Below are positions 1-10,055 of a stretch of 64,000 bases of DNA, in pieces. The DNA lies in contig NGBS01000314.1 in the NCBI GenBank assembly GCA_002245135.1, positions 62,001 to 126,000 on the forward strand, in the 5' to 3' direction. The translations under genes and the position numbers were made by a program. The notes under the pieces were generated by a model, which searched no databases, was not told the DNA's origin, and saw only the letters and a program-made list of their open reading frames with translations. How positions within the stretch are numbered: the stretch's first letter is position 1; every line of letters begins with the position of its first letter. Source of the stretch: Proteromonas lacertae. Its lineage: Eukaryota.

Positions 1-439
1 TCATTATTAAAAACTAATTGCAGATCTATGTAAAGAGACAAAAAGAAAATATACAATACTAACATTTTGAAGATCTTTTATATTTAATAATATTTTTAAA
101 ACAAAATATATGCATCTCATATACAAAGTAACAGCTTTATAATCCTTCAGCGTCCTCAATGGCATATGAAAATATATTTCTGTGCCATTGAGCCGCTGAA
201 GGTATTATATTATGATTATCTCATATATGAAATATGAGAAATCAAAAACATCTCCTTGACAAACGGCGTGAGAAGATTTAGAAATATGCCGTTTGTCTAG
301 GAGATTTAGAAATATGAAGTTTGAAGTTAATGACAATATAGATGGGTGTTGCTTTTGGTAATTGAAGGTCAAGGTAAATTTTTACATATAATAGAATGAT
401 TCACGTTCTATTACAAAGCTATAAAATGTAATAGAGAAA

Positions 440-1441
440 ATGAAAATTATATATATAACTCTATTTATAATATTTATAATTTATAAAATATATAATATTA
501 ATTCATATTCAGTTGTAATATTTATAGCAAATAGTTTTATTAATTGGTCAACAAATTTTGAAAGTGGTAAATATGAATGTAATAGCAACTTAATATGCTT
601 AATAACATATAATCTCACTTCAGATGTTGATTTTGTTTTATATAATGCATGGACTAAACATATCAATTATAACTTTACCAAAAGGCAGAAGTTATTACTG
701 TGGTCTCCAGAAAAAATGTCATGGAAAAGAGAAATGATTGGTATAAGTTTAGGAAATAACAATAAGTATTATGCAGCTATTGACTATAGGCTATTTTATT
801 CTCCCTATCATTTTTCTCAACCGTATTTATATATGATAAACAAATCATTAAAAGAAATTATTAAAAATGCCAAAAAGAATATACATAACCTTAAGTCGTT
901 TATGTCTAGAAAATCAATTGTGTATATACAAAGAAAGAATTATACAAAGAGAACTAGAATAGTAAAAGAAATGATGAAATATTTAAATATCGATTCATAT
1001 GGCAAAAATTTAAATAACAAAAAGTGGCCTAATGGTAAAACAAAATTAGATATAATAAAACAATATAAGTTCTGTTTAGCTATTGAAAATTCAATTGAAA
1101 CTAGTGCTACTAACCACTTTTATTCTGATGAAATTGATAATGATTATTCAACTGAGAAGCTATTAGATTGTTTGGAAGGAGGATCTATACCAATTTATTA
1201 TGGACCAAAGAATTCGTATTTGTTTATGCCTAATAATCATAGCGCTATAGATATGGGTAAGTTTGATACCCTAAATGATATAATTAAATACATAAAAAGA
1301 ATAGAAAATTCTGAAGAATTATTAAAAGAATATATATCATGGACTAATACTTATTTAAACAGCTGGTATATAAGATTTTCCCTTACATATAAATATACTA
1401 AATGCAGGTTTTGTCAATGGGCATATAATAATAGAGATTAA
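440..1441 (+). CDS. GT10 alpha-1,3/4-fucosyltransferase (type II membrane protein)
   Basis: N-terminal TM anchor; alpha-1,3-FucT motif IDSYGK...YKFCLAIENS...DYSTEK...GSIPIYYG; intronless. Confidence 0.9.
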   Translation: MKIIYITLFIIFIIYKIYNINSYSVVIFIANSFINWSTNFESGKYECNSNLICLITYNLTSDVDFVLYNAWTKHINYNFTKRQKLLLWSPEKMSWKREMIGISLGNNNKYYAAIDYRLFYSPYHFSQPYLYMINKSLKEIIKNAKKNIHNLKSFMSRKSIVYIQRKNYTKRTRIVKEMMKYLNIDSYGKNLNNKKWPNGKTKLDIIKQYKFCLAIENSIETSATNHFYSDEIDNDYSTEKLLDCLEGGSIPIYYGPKNSYLFMPNNHSAIDMGKFDTLNDIIKYIKRIENSEELLKEYISWTNTYLNSWYIRFSLTYKYTKCRFCQWAYNNRD

Positions 1442-1976
1442 TATGTTACAACAAGATGAGAAACATTTTATAACCTTAAAAAATATATCAACTATTTTAT
1501 TATTAATGATTCAAATTATATATTGTAGAACTTTTGAATTCTTTAAAAAAGACTATCAATAATAAAAAATAATAAAGATTATACATTTGCTATCATTTAT
1601 TTATTGAAGATTCTAAAGTAAAGACGAGAAGATCACCATTCCCTAATCAGTGTAGAAGTGCATACACTCTATGATGAAGCATTCTCTTATTGACGCTTGC
1701 GAGAAGATCAACATGAAGAGTTGTCTTGGATAAGAAATGAAGAAGTTGATCTTGAATGTCACGAGTTTACTTGGGGTTACCATCTTCCTTGTAGATAACT
1801 TCATAGGCAAAGAAGATGAAGACAATCTTATATCCTTAGAAAGGAAGTAACTCAAGATGTTGGCTGGAAGATCCTTTAAATTGGATAATCCTCATTGATA
1901 GCAAATGACACTAATAATAAAATTAAATAAAACATAGTTTCGAAGTTATATTCTCCACCTATAATTTTGAAGTTAT

Positions 1977-2978
1977 ATGAAGAATTATATGAAGAGATAT
2001 AAAATATTGCTTTTACTATTACTTGTGTTATTTATATTAATTCATTATATACTTTCAAATAATGCAGATTATATCATACACAAAGATAATTTCTATTTTA
2101 GAAATATTCTAAAAAAGTCAACCTCAAAAAGAAAATGCATTATATACTCTATAAATCCTACAGCTGGATTAGCAAATACATTAAGAGGTTTATCTAGCAG
2201 TATATATTTATCTTACTTCTATAGTAGTAGTTTCTTTTTAAAAGGTTGGAATTCTATAATATTCTATTTCGATTTTCCTAGAGAATGTATACTTTTATTA
2301 CATAATGTTAGTGATATTAGATACTATAATCGTTTTAATGAAAACATATTATGTGAAGTAGATTTACATAAAGAATCACTTATATTAACTGAAATTCATG
2401 GTTTTATGGATGTATTATTAAAACAGTTCTATAAATCTCTACAAATGAATGTGCTAAGGAAAAAATATAAACTCAAATCAATCAATAGAGGAGTATTAAG
2501 TAGAATAGTATATAAAGAAATATTTATCCCTTCTTCTGTAATTTATAATTATTTAAATATGTTTAATAGTAGAAGAAAGATGAAAAAAGTATTAGGAATA
2601 CATATTAGATCAGGATCTTTTAATAATTATACAGAAAATTATTTTAATCATAATATAAATATAAAGAAATATTACTCAAAATCTTTATATATAATTAAAA
2701 AATATAACTTATCATACGTATTTACTTTATCAGATAATGAACATTATTTAAACCAAATGAAAAATCACTTTAAAAATATATTAATTAACATATCATTTAA
2801 AGGAAATATAATTCATTCAAGATTCTCATTGTATAATTCCTATATAAATGATGATGCAATAAGAATAGTGTCAGAATTTATTATACTTTCTAATTGTAAT
2901 GTAATTTTAGGAACAAAAATGAGTTCATTTTCATATGAATCATGTAACAGGTTAATGAGAACGTGTTTCATCATATGA
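1977..2978 (+). CDS. GDP-fucose-dependent fucosyltransferase (GT11/GT23/NodZ/O-FucT superfamily)
   Basis: TM anchor; AGLANTLRG, LGIHIRSG, FTLSD and SSFS motifs typical of alpha-1,2/1,6/O-fucosyltransferases. Confidence 0.75.
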   Translation: MKNYMKRYKILLLLLLVLFILIHYILSNNADYIIHKDNFYFRNILKKSTSKRKCIIYSINPTAGLANTLRGLSSSIYLSYFYSSSFFLKGWNSIIFYFDFPRECILLLHNVSDIRYYNRFNENILCEVDLHKESLILTEIHGFMDVLLKQFYKSLQMNVLRKKYKLKSINRGVLSRIVYKEIFIPSSVIYNYLNMFNSRRKMKKVLGIHIRSGSFNNYTENYFNHNINIKKYYSKSLYIIKKYNLSYVFTLSDNEHYLNQMKNHFKNILINISFKGNIIHSRFSLYNSYINDDAIRIVSEFIILSNCNVILGTKMSSFSYESCNRLMRTCFII

Positions 2979-4153
2979 TTAACAGTATATTAATAATATG
3001 GTATGAAATATTTATTATTACTACTTTTTTTATTCTATCTTATAATATGTATTATAAATTTTTCTTTCATATGAATGAAACATTTAATCTTAAATCTATA
3101 AAAATAAGTGATTCTATATTTTTTGTTTCATATTACTATGATTATAGATATAATGCAATGAGATTATTATTTTATAATAGAATGAAAATATATCCAAATA
3201 TAACATGCAGAGTGTATTATTATATACATGATGATATATGTAATATGAAAATATATCCCAGTTTATCAGAAGAAAATACAGTAATGAATATTCTAATTTT
3301 CGTTAAAATATTCCCATACAAAATTAAATTAAATAATCGTTATATATATTTTAGTAATAAAAATATAAAATATAATAAAAAAGATGAACATAAAATAACT
3401 GTTTGTGTAGGAAAAATGATTAATTATACAGCTCATAATATGTTAATTCAAATGATAGAATCATATATATACTTAGGAGTAGATTATATTGTAGTTTATA
3501 AATCATCATGTTCTAAATTGGTAGACAAGGTATTAAATTATTACTACAGTAAAGGAATAGTAGAAATAGTGAAATGGGAAAATGATTTTGATATAAAGTA
3601 TGCCAAGAAAAAAACTTATGGTCAAAGGGTTAAATTGAATGATTGCTTTTATAGAAACTATTACAAAACAGTTAGTATTATCATGACTGACCTTGATGAA
3701 GTATTATGGCCTAACAAAGAAAACAGCATTTCTGAAATGATTGAAAGAATAAAGTATGAAGAAAAAAAAGAGCATGATGTATATCTGTTTAGAGAAAGAA
3801 TATTTAAAAGAAATTACGTAAAATATAATGATAGATATATTCATAATATTGAAGATTGTGATATATTTTCATATCATATATACTGCGATTATACATGGAA
3901 GTGGCCAAAAATATTCATTTATAATTTATCAAAGATTACATCTGTAAGTATTCACTGGATAACAGGATTTTTAGATAATTATACAGAAATGAAAGTAATT
4001 TCTAACATAGGCTTTATTAGACATACAAGGAGAATATATCCATATATTGTAAAAGGATTAGAAGGCAATTGGTCATATTACAAATCAGATATGAAAGAAA
4101 TAATAATTAATAAAAATTCGAAAATGATAAGCAAAGTTATATTTGGTTATTAA
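2963..4153 (+). CDS. GT92/DUF23 family glycosyltransferase
   Basis: TM anchor; ITVCV, YLGVDYIVVY, GQRVKLNDCFYR and TDLDE (DxD) motifs; true start probably the ATG at 2976. Confidence 0.8.
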   Translation: MFHHMINSILIIWYEIFIITTFFILSYNMYYKFFFHMNETFNLKSIKISDSIFFVSYYYDYRYNAMRLLFYNRMKIYPNITCRVYYYIHDDICNMKIYPSLSEENTVMNILIFVKIFPYKIKLNNRYIYFSNKNIKYNKKDEHKITVCVGKMINYTAHNMLIQMIESYIYLGVDYIVVYKSSCSKLVDKVLNYYYSKGIVEIVKWENDFDIKYAKKKTYGQRVKLNDCFYRNYYKTVSIIMTDLDEVLWPNKENSISEMIERIKYEEKKEHDVYLFRERIFKRNYVKYNDRYIHNIEDCDIFSYHIYCDYTWKWPKIFIYNLSKITSVSIHWITGFLDNYTEMKVISNIGFIRHTRRIYPYIVKGLEGNWSYYKSDMKEIIINKNSKMISKVIFGY

Positions 4154-5234
4154 AAATGAAACTAGTTTTACTCCACAAATTATAAAGTTTCGAAAATGAA
4201 TATAAATACTTACCTTTTAGTTGATGATAACCGTAAATACTTTCATGTTCACATGATAACCTACTTTCTTTAATTAAATTAATACATCTTAGATTATGAA
4301 AAATAATATTCATTTTCTTTTTATTTAATCTATAAATCAACCATGCAATATGTTGATCATCCATTCGTATTATATGCCTTTCATTTAATGATTCATTATA
4401 CAATAAATTTGATAAATAGCTAGGCCATAATGCAAATGATCCTGTGAAACATGGAATACCTATGTTGGGTATTACTGTGTTGTAATAACCTTCTACATTT
4501 TTAGGAGAGCTGTATTTGTATTCTTGATCAGTGCTAATATGCAAAAGCCTCCATGTTTTGCATGCATAGAATAGATTATGTTTATCTTTATTAATTGTAA
4601 TTAGATCAATAATTCTTTTATAATTGATGTATTGATCTGCATCCATTTTACCATAGTACTTTGCTGAAGGACATATCGTTGGTAGTATTTTATGTAAATA
4701 TAACGTATATATTGTTTCATTCGAAAATGATTCATGTATTGGCATTTGTGACATATCTTTGAATAAATTGTTCTCATATTCAAACTGCCTTTGGCATACT
4801 TTTGTTGTATAACCAATAAAAAAGTGAAGTTGTATTGTTGTATTTATTTCTTTATATACTTCTCTGACTGCCATTCTCTCTTCTAATTCATCACATGATG
4901 TTATTACAGATATAAATATTACTGTTTCTTTTCTACATATATTGTGATTATTATATAAATATGGGTATTTGTATGGATAAGGACCTGGAATATCAAACAT
5001 CGTATAAGGTATATTTTTTATTTGGCTATAATTCTTGATCAAACATTTAAAGATACATTTCTCATATAAACATTTATTAGATATATCATATGAATGTTTA
5101 AATAATTCTTTGATGGTTTTTATTTTATACTCTATACTTTCTTCTTTAGTTAATTTATACTCTCTAATATTAATAATAACAATATAGAGAGGTAATAAAA
5201 TTAAAATTTCTCTTATATAAAATAACACCATCAC
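4137..5234 (-). CDS. GT31 beta-1,3-galactosyltransferase-like
   Basis: TM anchor; ERMAVR, FFIG, KMDAD (DxD), PCFTGS and MDD motifs. Confidence 0.8.
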   Translation of the reverse strand: MMVLFYIREILILLPLYIVIINIREYKLTKEESIEYKIKTIKELFKHSYDISNKCLYEKCIFKCLIKNYSQIKNIPYTMFDIPGPYPYKYPYLYNNHNICRKETVIFISVITSCDELEERMAVREVYKEINTTIQLHFFIGYTTKVCQRQFEYENNLFKDMSQMPIHESFSNETIYTLYLHKILPTICPSAKYYGKMDADQYINYKRIIDLITINKDKHNLFYACKTWRLLHISTDQEYKYSSPKNVEGYYNTVIPNIGIPCFTGSFALWPSYLSNLLYNESLNERHIIRMDDQHIAWLIYRLNKKKMNIIFHNLRCINLIKESRLSCEHESIYGYHQLKGKYLYSFSKLYNLWSKTSFIFNNQI

Positions 5235-5254
5235 TTACATCTTTTAAAATATTA

Positions 5255-6100
5255 TCATCTATATTCATAATCATTTAAATGGTATAACTTCAAATTTTTA
5301 ACACAATTTGCTGGATATCCTGATAATACATTAATGTAATAAAACCATTGAGTACTTTCTGTGTTAAATAAAGAACAATTATCAGGATTGTTGGGAATTA
5401 AAACAGCATCTTTTACTTTATTAATCATTTTATCCATTATTTTTTCTTCAGTTATTTTAATTTTTCCGAAATTAGTATAATAATCTTGAAGAAATGAATA
5501 GTATTCTTTATATAAATATCTTATTGCTTTATCTTTCCCACCGAAACACCCACCCTGTATAAAGTGTTTAGAATATCTATGTGGATATATTGTAAAGAAG
5601 ATCGGTGAATCAACTTTCTTAAATAAAGATTCTATATGATAAGGATTTGGGTAATGTTTTGCATTTTGAAGAGATTCATAGTGAAACGTTGTGATATCAT
5701 TAAAAAAATACATACTTGCTTTAAATCTAGTAGTAATATAGTACAACAATGCAATCTTAGAATGATATAATTGGTTTACTTTGTTATTAACTATTTTTTC
5801 TATGTTCAAATCTTTTATTATTGGTATACTTGTTACATTATCAAAAAAGAATGAAAATACCTTTTTAGACTTTGGTGCAATATGCTTTAGTTTTTTATCA
5901 GTATAAAACACCACTTCTGTTTTTACTATATTGAAATATTTCTGTGATAATTCTATGTAAGTGTTAATAGAGTGATGATGATTTACAATTGGGAAATATA
6001 TAGTAAAAATCAATATTGTAAATTTGTTTATCGAATAATTGATAGATATACAAAATAATATTAAAATAAAGTATATTAATGATATATTCTTATATAACAT
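5255..6100 (-). CDS. HtrL/WlaTC-like putative glycosyltransferase
   Basis: TM anchor; VFYTD, LYHSKI, FFNDI, FIQGGCFGGK and TEEKIM pattern resembles HtrL-family proteins. Confidence 0.5.
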   Translation of the reverse strand: MLYKNISLIYFILILFCISINYSINKFTILIFTIYFPIVNHHHSINTYIELSQKYFNIVKTEVVFYTDKKLKHIAPKSKKVFSFFFDNVTSIPIIKDLNIEKIVNNKVNQLYHSKIALLYYITTRFKASMYFFNDITTFHYESLQNAKHYPNPYHIESLFKKVDSPIFFTIYPHRYSKHFIQGGCFGGKDKAIRYLYKEYYSFLQDYYTNFGKIKITEEKIMDKMINKVKDAVLIPNNPDNCSLFNTESTQWFYYINVLSGYPANCVKNLKLYHLNDYEYR

Positions 6101-6111
6101 TCAAGTAAGAT

Positions 6112-7461
6112 ATGTTTAAAATAGTGTATTTATTTGTGTATATTTTTTTGTTTAATTATCTTATAATTAAGATCAATAGCAATAAATATTGTATGATGAA
6201 AAGAAGAGAATGTAAGAGAATTTATCCTCATGACAATTTAATGCTACAATCAAGTAAATATTGTATGAATAATCCTTTTTTATTTTCTTTTGGGGATTAT
6301 CCATATAATTATACAAATTTAAAGACAATTATGAAAATTTATAAAATTGAAAAGAGTACATTCTTTTTCACAGTAATTGATGATAATAGTTTCAAATATT
6401 TACTAAATCTCTACACAGTATTCTTAATTCCATTCAAAATTAGCAATTTAATAACAATTGTATTTTATCAATCTACTCTAAAGAAATGTAAAATACATAA
6501 GATATTTTGTATATACGAAGAATGGCCGTTGTTTATAAAAAATACAACAAATATAAGCACCAGAAAGAAATTATGGTTTTTAAAATATTACTTTATATAT
6601 AAAATAATAAAGAATAATATATCAATACTATTTGTTGACAGTGATGTTCTATTTATTAATAATTGTTTAAATGATTTAGTAAATAGAAAAGAAGATGTAG
6701 TATTATTGAAAAGTCAATTGCCAAAGAGACAAACATACGGTAATTCAGGTATAACGTATATATATATATATATATATTTACCTGATAGAAAAATAACTTC
6801 TACAATTCATACAATTGAAATGATGACATATGGATTGAAATATATAAAACAACACATTCAGCAAGGAAGAAAAGGTTATTTAGGAGATCAAGAAGTTCTA
6901 ACTATAGCACTAAGAAAATTTTGCAATATCTCTAAAGGATTATATACTCTTCCTTTATATACTGTTGGAATACCACCAGAAAATGATATAAAGAATTTAT
7001 GTGCTATTCATCCAATCCATTGTGATAAAGAATTCTCACTTAAAGAGAGATTACTATATTATGTTGATGATAAACACTATTATACATCTCTAGATAATAG
7101 ATATATAAGTATTTCAAGAGTTAAATTAAAGAAGAGTATTTATAATGTAATAAAAATATGTAAAAGATATAATCTTATACTCATACTTCCAGATCAATAT
7201 TGCAAAATGCCAAATTGTGTGTATAGAATGAATAATAGCTTCGGTGATCTTTTATTGATTGATTATATAAAAAACTTTAACATAAGTATTAGAGAGTCAA
7301 TATCCTTTTTTATATTGAGATAATAGTTACTATTTACTATGTAATCATTTTTGAGACATCCTATAGTACCAGCTGATGTTAAGAATACTAAAATAAATAT
7401 TGAACTAAATCAAATAAATCAATCTATTGTTTCTTCATACAATATAATTATCGTTAAATGA
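6112..7461 (+). CDS. GT77-like nucleotide-diphospho-sugar transferase; introns 6756-6788 (GT-AG) and 7300-7344 (AT-AA)
   Basis: TM anchor; ILFVDSDV, NSG and DQ motifs; removing the introns deletes the YIYIYI artefact and restores C-terminal RESSFLRHP. Confidence 0.75.
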
Positions 7462-7557
7462 ATATTTATTTAAATTCACATTAACACTATAAATTTAAAT
7501 ATAATCCCCATGATAGAAATATTAATAGTTCAATTTTTATTATTCATATATTGGTAG

Positions 7558-7953
7558 TTATATTAATGTCACAAGTGAATTATTTTCTAAATAAATAATT
7601 ATATTCATATACAGTTTTTTGAATTGTAATCCTGAGCTGTCTTTTTCGAAAACAATTAATTTGTAGTTACATGATTTTGTTATTTTTAGTATCTTGTAAC
7701 TACAAATTAATCTTGCTTTTTGTGATGATACACCCAATATTCTAATGATATTATATCTTTTGTCATAGAAACAGGAAAATATTGTAATTATATTTAAGAT
7801 TGTTGTAAGGTTTATATTATTATACTGTATTATTTTAATTTCATTATTGAATGATAAAATTATACAAATTGTATTACAAATATATAATAAAACAATCATA
7901 ATTAATACGCTGTGAATTAATGACATTATATTCAGATGTTTATATTTTTGCAA
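7558..7953 (-). pseudogene. Truncated paralogue of the GT92 N-terminal region
   Basis: TM anchor then FSCFYDKRYNIIRIL, similar to FVSYYYDYRYNAMRLL in 2963..4153; no catalytic domain follows. Confidence 0.45.
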
Positions 7954-8992
7954 TTATTAATTTTTCTAAATCTTTCTAAATGGTCAAATAGTTCAGCTTT
8001 ATCCCAGAAATAATACCTTTTTGTTATACATTTGCTATGATCTTTATAATATCCTTTGTAAAGAATTAATAACGAAAATGTTGAATAACCTGTAAGTAAC
8101 AAATAGTCAGATTTACTAGTTAAATATATGTCAATTATTGTTTTATCAATATCTTTACTATTGAAGTGTTTGGATTTTGCAGAATGTTTTACATCATTAG
8201 AAGGGTTATATATCAATACATTTTTATTCACTTTCATAAATAATTCATTAAAATATTTACTAAATGAACTTAAGATAAACATACAATTATTATTACATAA
8301 TGAATGTGACAAATTATTAATGATATATATTTTATTGATGCTAATATTGCATGAGACCAAACAACTATCATATAATCTTGCATGTACACCGATCAATGAA
8401 TGATTTTTATATATATGAAGTATAGAATTACCTATTTGAATATGTCTATCATGAAATAAGAAATATTTACTGTACAATATATAATTAACCTCAAGTATCT
8501 GATCTAATATATTACTCTTGATTGAACATTTAATGAATCTTAATCGCTTTAGTATTCTATAATATATTTTGGCTTTAATTATTGTAGGAACTAAATCATG
8601 TATGCTGAATATAGAAATAGAAAATACTTCAGATTTAACGATGTTGTTTATCATATCTATAGGACTTAAACAGTAATTATAAAAAGAAAATGACAAAGAT
8701 ACATTTATATTCTTTCTAGAATAAAAAGATTTTGTATTAACGTTATTAAAATTGAAATATTGATCTAAATTTTTACCTATAACTAACAATAAGTTATATA
8801 TGTAATACTATGAAAATTTCTATTTGAAATGAGTGATAAAAGAAAAATACCAGGTATTCCTGCTATTCTATTACCTAATCCATCATTTTTCACTTCTGCA
8901 AAAATGTATAGAGAAGGTTTTATTTTGGCTGCATATTTGTAATTAAATATACTAATTATAAAAAACAAAATAATAACATAAAATAACAACAT
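7932..8992 (-). CDS. GDP-fucose-dependent fucosyltransferase (GT11/GT23/O-FucT superfamily), one intron ~8783-8808
   Basis: Exon 1 has TM plus DGLGNRIAG; a GTATTAC...TTAG intron joins it in frame to IGVHAR and GYSTFS motifs. Confidence 0.75.
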
Positions 8993-9145
8993 TATGATAA
9001 ACTATTTATCAACTTAATATATAGTATATAAATGAGACTGTGGCCCTTTGTGACAGAGTCTTAACGAGTTTTATAAGAGTCCGTCCCTTTATAGAATAAA
9101 CTTTATAATATCCAATTGGTAACTAGTTAACAATTGTAAAGACCC

Positions 9146-9530
9146 TGTTGTGCGCCGTTTGTCATAGTTGGCCATTTGTCTACCAGACACTTTTAAAACA
9201 AACTAAATACATATTCTTACTTGTCTTGATGAAAAATTGTTACTTTTATACTTACTTTGTTATATGACCTACCTCTGCAGTATACATTTTTGTTAATATA
9301 AATAGTTTGAATATTTGTGCCGTTTGTTTTCTAGAAATTTTTGAATCAAACTAAATGCATGTTTAGCTAATATAGACTAAAATATATTAACTGAAATGAT
9401 TAGAACAACTTAATGTTGGTCATAAGACATTTAAAATGAAAAAAGAAAATATAGAATCAAGCCTCATTCAAGCCTATTTTTACATTTCTTCTTTTTATAT
9501 AGAAAGATTTAATAATTCTTACATTCTAAA
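9146..9530. mobile_element. Left half of foldback MITE family A
   Basis: Starts TGTTGTGCGCCGTTTGTCATAGTTGGCC; near-identical to the copies at 14403, 18685 and 20432. Confidence 0.85.
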
Positions 9531-10055
9531 GATTTAATATTGAACTTCTGATCCATGAGTGGGTATTATTAAATATGATTTGTTTATGCTAGTAGAAGGA
9601 TTTTGAAAATTATATATCCATTTTTGTATTACATCTGTTCCATATAATACATTTGTCTCATTATTGCAGATATATTTATGTTGGATGTATGACCAGTATG
9701 TTTTTATTAAGCCATTATTACATTTTACATAATTTAAAGTGTATAATATAACTTGTTATAGTATTCATGTCCGTAACTGTAGTTGTTATAAATAATATCA
9801 CTATCCTTACAATTAATTTTCTTAATGATAATTTTACAATTATTATATATATTATTAAAATTATAATTATAATTATATTCATTATTTGTAATAATCATAA
9901 ATATAATTATGAGTGTTGTGCGCCGTTGAGCCGCTCTCATCATATAATTACTTTTAAAACAAACTAATATCATTTTTATCTTAGTTATAAAGTGTTATTA
10001 ACAAATATATAGTTAGTTTGTCATATGACCTACATCTGTAATATACTTTTTTATG

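Noticed and set aside
1600..1902. GC-richer coding-like fragment between GT genes
   Set aside because: Stops in the plausible plus-strand frames and no recognisable family; cannot be assigned
9734..9973. Small ORFs here and the many short antisense ORFs inside larger genes
   Set aside because: Low-complexity AT-rich or shadow frames with no protein-like motifs
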